The position numbers and the translations under genes were made by a program. A DNA stretch of 64,000 nucleotides, taken from assembly GCA_964057225.1 (NCBI GenBank), contig OZ059896.1:5828001-5892000 (forward strand), in the 5' to 3' direction. This document shows, in pieces, positions 54,101-64,000 of this stretch. This DNA is from Auanema rhodensis (taxonomy: Eukaryota; Animalia; Nematoda). The notes beneath the pieces are model-generated. The model ran no database searches. It was given only the letters and a program-made list of their open reading frames with translations, and was not told where the DNA came from. Each line of letters begins with the position of its first letter. Positions within the stretch are counted from its first letter, which is position 1.

Positions 54101-55049
54101 GAGGATATAGGTGTGAACTTATATCAGTTGATATCTCGGTGCATTTTTAAGCTAGCGCAAATCTGATAACACAGATCGACGCAGCTTAAAAATCCGCATC
54201 GAATGCACTATACTACATTGAGAAACGCTTAATACAAAAATTAGTTATGATCGTTTGAAAAATGATGCATTAGTGTATGTTGAGTTTCCATGTACACTCA
54301 ACATTGCTTCCAAAAACATTTTGACAAAAATTTTTTCGAAAAATTTCAAAATAATTTAGCAAAAAGTAGATGTTTTTAGATTTCTTTTTTCAAGGCAAAA
54401 ACGATGGACAATGTTATTCAACGAAAAAATTAATTCTTCAAGGTGAAAATCGAGGATATAGGTGTGAACTTATATCAGTTGATATCTCGGTGCATTTTTA
54501 AGCTAGCGCAAATCTGATAACACAGATCGACGCAGCTTAAAAATCCGCATCGAATGCACTATACTACATTGAGAAAAGCTAAATACAAAAATTAGTTATG
54601 ATCGTTTGAAAAATGATGCATTAGTGTATGTTGGGTTTCCATGTACACTCAACATTGCTTCCAAAAACATTTTGACAAAAATTTTTTCGAAAAATTTCAA
54701 AATAATTTAGCAAAAAGTAGATGTTTTTAGATTTCTTTTTTCAAGGCAAAAACGATGGACAATGTTATTCAACGAAAAAATTAATTCTTCAGGGTGAAAA
54801 TCGAGGATATAGGTGTGAACTTATATCAGTTGATTTCTCGGTGCATTTTCAAGCTAGCGCAAATCTGATAGTACAGATCGACGTAGCTTAAAAATCCGCA
54901 TCGAATGCACTATATTACATTGAGAAAAGCTAAATACAAAAATTAGTTATGATCGTTTGAAAAATGATGCATTAGTGTATGTTGAGTTTCCATGTACACT
55001 CAAAATTGCTTCCAAAAACATTTTGACAAAAATTTTTTCGAAAAATTTC
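51189..55049. repeat. Local tetramer/trimer higher-order repeat
   Basis: A trimer (A-type with C306; attaat+caagg with G287/C306; gatttc+gacgtag+atattac) starts at 51540, 52944 and 53997. An identical fourth unit precedes the first two copies, at 51189 and 52593. Confidence 0.85.
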
Positions 55050-58000
55050 AGAATAATTTAGCAAAAAGTAGATGTTTTTAGATTCCTTTTTTCAAGGCAA
55101 AAACGATGGACAATGTTATTCAACGAAAAAATTAATTCTTCAGGGTGAAAATCGAGGATATAGGTGTGAACTTATATCAGTTGATATATCGGTGCATTTT
55201 CAAGCTAGCGCAAATCTGATAACACAGATCGACGCAGCTTAAAAATCCGCATCGAATGCACTATACTACATTGAGAAAAGCTAAATACAAAAATTAGTTA
55301 TGATCGTTTGAAAAATGATGCATTAGTGTATGTTGAGTTTCCATGTACACTCAAAATTGCTTCCAAAAACATTTTGACAAAAATTTTTTCGAAAAATTTC
55401 AGAATAATTTAGCAAAAAGTAGATGTTTTTAGATTCCTTTTTTCAAGGCAAAAACGATGGACAATGTTATTCAACGAAAAAATTAATTCTTCAGGGTGAA
55501 AATCGAGGATATAGGTGTGAACTTTGATATCTCGGTGCAATGTCAAGCTAGCGCAAATCTGATAGTACAGATCGACGCAGCTTAAAAATCCGCATCGATT
55601 GCACTATACTACATTGAGAAAAGCTAAATACAAAAATTAGTTATGATCGTTTGGAAAATGATGCATTAGTGTATGTTGAGTTTCCATGTACACTCAAAAT
55701 TTCTTCCAAAAACATTTTGACAAAAATTTTTTCTAAAAATTTCAAAATAATTTAGCAAAAAGTAGATGTTTTTAGATTTCTTTTTTCAAGGCAAAAACGA
55801 TGGACAATGTTATTCAACGAAAAAATTAATTCTTCAGGGTGAAAATCGAGGATATAAGTGTGAACTTATATCAGTTGATATCTCGGTGCATTTTTAAGCT
55901 AGCGCAAATCTGATAACACAGATCGACGCAGCTTAAAAATCCGCATCGAATGCACTATACTACATTGAGAAACGCTTAATACAAAAATTAGTTATGATCG
56001 TTTGAAAAATGATGCATTAGTGTATGTTGAGTTTCCATGTACACTCAAAATTGCTTCCAAAAACATTTTGACAAAAATTTTTTCGAAAAATTTCAAAATA
56101 ATTTAGCAAAAAGTAGATGTTTTTAGATTCCTTTTTTCAAGGCAAAAACGATGGACAATGTTATTCAACGAAAAAATTAATTCTTCAGGGTGAAAATCGA
56201 GGATATAGGTGTGAACTTATATCAGTTGATATCTCGGTGCATTTTCAAGCTAGCGCAAATCTGATAGTACAGATCGACGCAGCTTAAAAATCCGCATCGA
56301 ATGCACTATACTACATTGAGAAACGCTTAATACAAAAATTAGTTATGATCGTTTGAAAAATGATGCATTAGTGTATGTTGGGTTTCCATGTACACTCAAC
56401 ATTGCTTCCAAAAACATTTTGACAAAAATTTTTTCGAAAAATTTCAAAATAATTTAGCAAAAAGTAGATGTTTTTAGATTCCTTTTTTCAAGGCAAAAAC
56501 GATGGACAATGTTATTCAACGAAAAAATTAATTCTTCAGGGTGAAAATCGAGGATATAGGTGTGAACTTATATCAGTTGATTTCTCGGTGCATTTTCAAG
56601 CTAGCGCAAATCTGATAGTACAGATCGACGCAGCTTAAAAATCCGCATCGAATGCACTATATTACATTGAGAAAAGCTAAATACAAAAATTAGTTATGAT
56701 CGTTTGAAAAATGATGCATTAGTGTATGTTGAGTTTCCATGTACACTCAACATTGCTTCCAAAAACATTTTGACAAAAATTTTTTCGAAAAATTTCAAAA
56801 TAATTTAGCAAAAAGTAGATGTTTTTAGATTCCTTTTTTCAAGGCAAAAACGATGGACAATGTTATTCAACGAAAAAATTGATTCTTCAAGGTGAAAATC
56901 GAGGATATAGGTGTGAACTTATATCAGTTGATATCTCGGTGCATTTTTAAGCTAGCGCAAATCTGATAACACAGATCGACGCAGCTTAAAAATCCGCATC
57001 GAATGCACTATACTACATTGAGAAACGCTTAATACAAAAGTTAGTTATGATCGTTTGAAAAATGATGCATTAGTGTATGTTGAGTTTCCATGTACACTCA
57101 AAATTGCTTCCAAAAACATTTTGACAAAAATTTTTTCGAAAAATTTCAAAATAATTTAGCAAAAAGTAGATGTTTTTAGATTCCTTTTTTCAAGGCAAAA
57201 ACGATGGACAATGTTATTCAACGAAAAAATTAATTCTTCAGGGTGAAAATCGAGGATATAGGTGTGAACTTATATCAGTTGATATCTCGGTGCATTTTTA
57301 AGCTAGCGCAAATCTGATAACACAGATCGACGCAGCTTAAAAATCCGCATCGAATGCACTATATTACATTGAGAAAAGCTAAATACAAAAATTAGTTATG
57401 ATCGTTTGAAAAATGATGCATTAGTGTATGTTGAGTTTCCATGTACACTCAACATTGCTTCCAAAAACATTTTGACAAAAATTTTTTCGAAAAATTTCAA
57501 AATAATTTAGCAAAAAGTAGATGTTTTTAGATTCCTTTTTTCAAGGCAAAAACGATGGACAATGTTATTCAACGAAAAAATTAATTCTTCAGGGTGAAAA
57601 TCGAGGATATAAGTGTGAACTTATATCAGTTGATATCTCGGTGCATTTTTAAGCTAGCGCAAATCTGATAACACAGATCGACGCAGCTTAAAAATCCGCA
57701 TCGAATGCACTATACTACATTGAGAAACGCTTAATACAAAAATTAGTTATGATCGTTTGAAAAATGATGCATTAGTGTATGTTGAGTTTCCATGTACACT
57801 CAAAATTGCTTCCAAAAACATTTTGACAAAAATTTTTTCGAAAAATTTCAAAATAATTTAGCAAAAAGTAGATGTTTTTAGATTTCTTTTTTCAAGGCAA
57901 AAACGATGGACAATGTTATTCAACGAAAAAATTAATTCTTCAGGGTGAAAATCGAGGATATAGGTGTGAACTTATATCAGTTGATATCTCGGTGCATTTT

Positions 58001-61000
58001 CAAGCTAGCGCAAATCTGATAGTACAGATCGACGCAGCTTAAAAATCCGCATCGAATGCACTATACTACATTGAGAAACGCTTAATACAAAAATTAGTTA
58101 TGATCGTTTGAAAAATGATGCATTAGTGTATGTTGGGTTTCCATGTACACTCAACATTGCTTCCAAAAACATTTTGACAAAAATTTTTTCGAAAAATTTC
58201 AAAATAATTTAGCAAAAAGTAGATGTTTTTAGATTCCTTTTTTCAAGGCAAAAACGATGGACAATGTTATTCAACGAAAAAATTAATTCTTCAGGGTGAA
58301 AATCGAGGATATAGGTGTGAACTTATATCAGTTGATATCTCGGTGCATTTTCAAGCTAGCGCAAATCTGATAGTACAGATCGACGCAGCTTAAAAATCCG
58401 CATCGAATGCACTATACTACATTGAGAAACGCTTAATACAAAAATTAGTTATGATCGTTTGAAAAATGATGCATTAGTGTATGTTGGGTTTCCATGTACA
58501 CTCAACATTGCTTCCAAAAACATTTTGACAAAAATTTTTTCGAAAAATTTCAAAATAATTTAGCAAAAAGTAGATGTTTTTAGATTCCTTTTTTCAAGGC
58601 AAAAACGATGGACAATGTTATTCAACGAAAAAATTAATTCTTCAGGGTGAAAATCGAGGATATAGGTGTGAACTTATATCAGTTGATATCTCGGTGCATT
58701 TTTAAGCTAGCGCAAATCTGATAACACAGATCGACGCAGCTTAAAAATCCGCATCGAATGCACTATATTACATTGAGAAAAGCTAAATACAAAAATTAGT
58801 TATGATCGTTTGAAAAATGATGCATTAGTGTATGTTGAGTTTCCATGTACACTCAACATTGCTTCCAAAAACATTTTGACAAAAATTTTTTCGAAAAATT
58901 TCAAAATAATTTAGCAAAAAGTAGATGTTTTTAGATTCCTTTTTTCAAGGCAAAAACGATGGACAATGTTATTCAACGAAAAAATTAATTCTTCAGGGTG
59001 AAAATCGAGGATATAAGTGTGAACTTATATCAGTTGATATCTCGGTGCATTTTTAAGCTAGCGCAAATCTGATAACACAGATCGACGCAGCTTAAAAATC
59101 CGCATCGAATGCACTATACTACATTGAGAAACGCTTAATACAAAAATTAGTTATGATCGTTTGAAAAATGATGCATTAGTGTATGTTGAGTTTCCATGTA
59201 CACTCAAAATTGCTTCCAAAAACATTTTGACAAAAATTTTTTCGAAAAATTTCAGAATAATTTAGCAAAAAGTAGATGTTTTTAGATTCCTTTTTTCAAG
59301 GCAAAAACGATGGACAATGTTATTCAACGAAAAAATTAATTCTTCAGGGTGAAAATCGAGGATATAGGTGTGAACTTATATCAGTTGATATCTCGGTGCA
59401 TTTTCAAGCTAGCGCAAATCTGATAGTACAGATCGACGCAGCTTAAAAATCCGCATCGAATGCACTATACTACATTGAGAAACGCTTAATACAAAAATTA
59501 GTTATGATCGTTTGAAAAATGATGCATTAGTGTATGTTGGGTTTCCATGTACACTCAACATTGCTTCCAAAAACATTTTGACAAAAATTTTTTCGAAAAA
59601 TTTCAAAATAATTTAGCAAAAAGTAGATGTTTTTAGATTTCTTTTTTCAAGGCAAAAACGATGGACAATGTTATTCAACGAAAAAATTAATTCTTCAGGG
59701 TGAAAATCGAGGATATAGGTGTGAACTTATATCAGTTGATTTCTCGGTGCATTTTCAAGCTAGCGCAAATCTGATAGTACAGATCGACGCAGCTTAAAAA
59801 TCCGCATCGAATGCACTATATTACATTGAGAAAAGCTAAATACAAAAATTAGTTATGATCGTTTGAAAAATGATGCATTAGTGTATGTTGAGTTTCCATG
59901 TACACTCAACATTGCTTCCAAAAACATTTTGACAAAAATTTTTTCGAAAAATTTCAAAATAATTTAGCAAAAAGTAGATGTTTTTAGATTCCTTTTTTCA
60001 AGGCAAAGACGATGGACAATGTTATTCAACGAAAAAATTGATTCTTCAAGGTGAAAATCGAGGATATAGGTGTGAACTTATATCAGTTGATATCTCGGTG
60101 CATTTTTAAGCTAGCGCAAATCTGATAACACAGATCGACGCAGCTTAAAAATCCGCATCGAATGCACTATACTACATTGAGAAACGCTTAATACAAAAAT
60201 TAGTTATGATCGTTTGAAAAATGATGCATTAGTGTATGTTGAGTTTCCATGTACACTCAAAATTGCTTCCAAAAACATTTTGACAAAAATTTTTTCGAAA
60301 AATTTCAAAATAATTTAGCAAAAAGTAGATGTTTTTAGATTCCTTTTTTCAAGGCAAAAACGATGGACAATGTTATTCAACGAAAAAATTAATTCTTCAG
60401 GGTGAAAATCGAGGATATAGGTGTGAACTTATATCAGTTGATATCTCGGTGCATTTTTAAGCTAGCGCAAATCTGATAACACAGATCGACGCAGCTTAAA
60501 AATCCGCATCGAATGCACTATATTACATTGAGAAAAGCTAAATACAAAAATTAGTTATGATCGTTTGAAAAATGATGCATTAGTGTATGTTGAGTTTCCA
60601 TGTACACTCAACATTGCTTCCAAAAACATTTTGACAAAAATTTTTTCGAAAAATTTCAAAATAATTTAGCAAAAAGTAGATGTTTTTAGATTCCTTTTTT
60701 CAAGGCAAAAACGATGGACAATGTTATTCAACGAAAAAATTAATTCTTCAGGGTGAAAATCGAGGATATAGGTGTGAACTTATATCAGTTGATATCTCGG
60801 TGCATTTTCAAGCTAGCGCAAATCTGATAGTACAGATCGACGCAGCTTAAAAATCCGCATCGAATGCACTATACTACATTGAGAAACGCTTAATACAAAA
60901 ATTAGTTATGATCGTTTGAAAAATGATGCATTAGTGTATGTTGGGTTTCCATGTACACTCAACATTGCTTCCAAAAACATTTTGACAAAAATTTTTTCGA

Positions 61001-64000
61001 AAAATTTCAAAATAATTTAGCAAAAAGTAGATGTTTTTAGATTTCTTTTTTCAGGGCAAAAACGATGGACAATGTTATTCAACGAAAAAATTAATTCTTC
61101 AGGGTGAAAATCGAGGATATAGGTGTGAACTTATATCAGTTGATTTCTCGGTGCATTTTCAAGCTAGCGCAAATCTGATAGTACAGATCGACGCAGCTTA
61201 AAAATCCGCATCGAATGCACTATATTACATTGAGAAAAGCTAAATACAAAAATTAGTTATGATCGTTTGAAAAATGATGCATTAGTGTATGTTGAGTTTC
61301 CATGTACACTCAACATTGCTTCCAAAAACATTTTGACAAAAATTTTTTCGAAAAATTTCAAAATAATTTAGCAAAAAGTAGATGTTTTTAGATTCCTTTT
61401 TTCAAGGCAAAAACGATGGACAATGTTATTCAACGAAAAAATTGATTCTTCAAGGTGAAAATCGAGGATATAGGTGTGAACTTATATCAGTTGATATCTC
61501 GGTGCATTTTTAAGCTAGCGCAAATCTGATAACACAGATCGACGCAGCTTAAAAATCCGCATCGAATGCACTATACTACATTGAGAAACGCTTAATACAA
61601 AAATTAGTTATGATCGTTTGAAAAATGATGCATTAGTGTATGTTGAGTTTCCATGTACACTCAAAACTGCTTCCAAAAACATTTTGACAAAAATTTTTTC
61701 GAAAAATTTCAGAATAATTTAGCAAAAAGTAGATGTTTTTAGATTCCTTTTTTCAAGGCAAAAACGATGGACAATGTCATTCAACGAAAAAATTAATTCT
61801 TCAGGGTGAAAATCGAGGATATAGGTGTGAACTTATATCAGTTGATATCTCGGTGCATTTTCAAGCTAGCGCAAATCTGATAACACAGATCGACGCAGCT
61901 TAAAAATCCGCATCGAATGCACTATACTACATTGAGAAAAGCTAAATACAAAAATTAGTTATGATCGTTTGAAAAATGATGCATTAGTGTATGTTGAGTT
62001 TCCATGTACACTCAAAATTGCTTCCAAAAACATTTTGACAAAAATTTTTTCGAAAAATTTCAAAATAATTTAGTAAAAAGTAGATGTTTTTAGATTCCTT
62101 TTTTCAAGGCAAAAACGATAGACAATGTTATTCAACGAAAAAATTAATTCTTCAGGGTGAAAATCGAGGATATAAGTGTGAACTTATATCAGTTGATATC
62201 TCGGTGCATTTTTAAGCTAGCGCAAATCTGATAACACAGATCGACGCAGCTTAAAAATCCGCATCGAATGCACTATACTACATTGAGAAACGCTTAATAC
62301 AAAAATTAGTTATGATCGTTTGAAAAATGATGCATTAGTGTATGTTGAGTTTCCATGTACACTCAAAATTGCTTCCAAAAACATTTTGACAAAAATTTTT
62401 TCGAAAAATTTCAAAATAATTTAGCAAAAAGTAGATGTTTTTAGATTCCTTTTTTCAAGGCAAAAACGATGGACAATGTTATTCAACGAAAAAATTAATT
62501 CTTCAGGGTGAAAATCGAGGATATAGGTGTGAACTTATATCAGTTGATATCTCGGTGCATTTTCAAGCTAGCGCAAATCTGATAGTACAGATCGACGCAG
62601 CTTAAAAATCCGCATCGAATGCACTATACTACATTGAGAAACGCTTAATACAAAAATTAGTTATGATCGTTTGAAAAATGATGCATTAGTGTATGTTGGG
62701 TTTCCATGTACACTCAACATTGCTTCCAAAAACATTTTGACAAAAATTTTTTCGAAAAATTTCAAAATAATTTAGCAAAAAGTAGATGTTTTTAGATTCC
62801 TTTTTTCAAGGCAAAAACGATGGACAATGTTATTCAACGAAAAAATTGATTCTTCAAGGTGAAAATCGAGGATATAGGTGTGAACTTATATCAGTTGATA
62901 TCTCGGTGCATTTTTAAGCTAGCGCAAATCTGATAACACAGATCGACGCAGCTTAAAAATCCGCATCGAATGCACTATACTACATTGAGAAACGCTTAAT
63001 ACAAAAATTAGTTATGATCGTTTGAAAAATGATGCATTAGTGTATGTTGAGTTTCCATGTACACTCAAAATTGCTTCCAAAAACATTTTGACAAAAATTT
63101 TTTCGAAAAATTTCAGAATAATTTAGCAAAAAGTAGATGTTTTTAGATTCCTTTTTTCAAGGCAAAAACGATGGACAATGTCATTCAACGAAAAAATTAA
63201 TTCTTCAGGGTGAAAATCGAGGATATAGGTGTGAACTTATATCAGTTGATATCTCGGTGCATTTTCAAGCTAGCGCAAATCTGATAACACAGATCGACGC
63301 AGCTTAAAAATCCGCATCGAATGCACTATACTACATTGAGAAAAGCTAAATACAAAAATTAGTTATGATCGTTTGAAAAATGATGCATTAGTGTATGTTG
63401 AGTTTCCATGTACACTCAAAATTGCTTCCAAAAACATTTTGACAAAAATTTTTTCGAAAAATTTCAAAATAATTTAGTAAAAAGTAGATGTTTTTAGATT
63501 CCTTTTTTCAAGGCAAAAACGATAGACAATGTTATTCAACGAAAAAATTAATTCTTCAGGGTGAAAATCGAGGATATAAGTGTGAACTTATATCAGTTGA
63601 TATCTCGGTGCATTTTTAAGCTAGCGCAAATCTGATAACACAGATCGACGCAGCTTAAAAATCCGCATCGAATGCACTATACTACATTGAGAAAAGCTAA
63701 ATACAAAAATTAGTTATGATCGTTTGGAAAATGATGCATTAGTGTATGTTGAGTTTCCATGTACACTCAAAATTTCTTCCAAAAACATTTTGACAAAAAT
63801 TTTTTCGAAAAATTTCAAAATAATTTAGCAAAAAGTAGATGTTTTTAGATTTCTTTTTTCAAGGCAAAAACGATGGACAATGTTATTCAACGAAAAAATT
63901 AATTCTTCAGGGTGAAAATCGAGGATATAGGTGTGAACTTTGATATCTCGGTGCAATGTCAAGCTAGCGCAAATCTGATAGTACAGATCGACGCAGCTTA

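Larger units (their letters stand above)
1..64000. repeat. Tandem satellite DNA array, 351-bp AT-rich monomer, ~182.5 head-to-tail copies, running off both window edges
   Basis: The motif a[g/a]aataatttag recurs at 1, 352, 3511 (1+10x351) and 7021 (1+20x351). The register holds to the last unit start at 63817 after allowing for two 1-bp deletions and eight upstream 8-bp deletions. Units differ by only a few substitutions, with no inversion or foreign sequence. Confidence 0.99.

Noticed and set aside
1-64000. Giant repetitive ORF, since 351 = 117 codons
   Set aside because: Every unit has stops in all frames. On the + strand they are TAG m10-12, TAA m5-7 and TAG m30-32. On the - strand they correspond to tta m9-11, tta m29-31 and tca m43-45.
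1-64000. CRISPR array or other repeat-spacer system
   Set aside because: There are no unique spacers: the entire 351 bp repeats at high identity, and no cas or other genes are present.

Overview
The whole 64 kb window is one uninterrupted head-to-tail satellite DNA array: 182 complete monomers plus a partial one, all in the same orientation. The monomer is 351 bp and about 31% GC by hand count (units start at 1, 352, 703 ... 3511 ... 7021). I find no protein-coding gene, RNA gene, CRISPR array or transposon insertion, and all six frames hit a stop in every unit. This is most likely eukaryotic heterochromatic or (peri)centromeric satellite from a host with little CpG methylation. I cannot name the family or species, and I see no gene-based novel system. 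The interest lies in three things. (1) Each monomer carries a ~67-nt imperfect hairpin and several smaller dyads, with one apparently compensatory base-pair swap and some stem-compatible variants. (2) A 343-bp deletion subfamily occurs in 9 copies. (3) About 25 diagnostic SNPs define regional domains, local higher-order repeats (2- to 5-mers), 7-14-unit block duplications and chimeric monomers. 'm' coordinates below are positions within the monomer, equal to window positions for unit 1-351.
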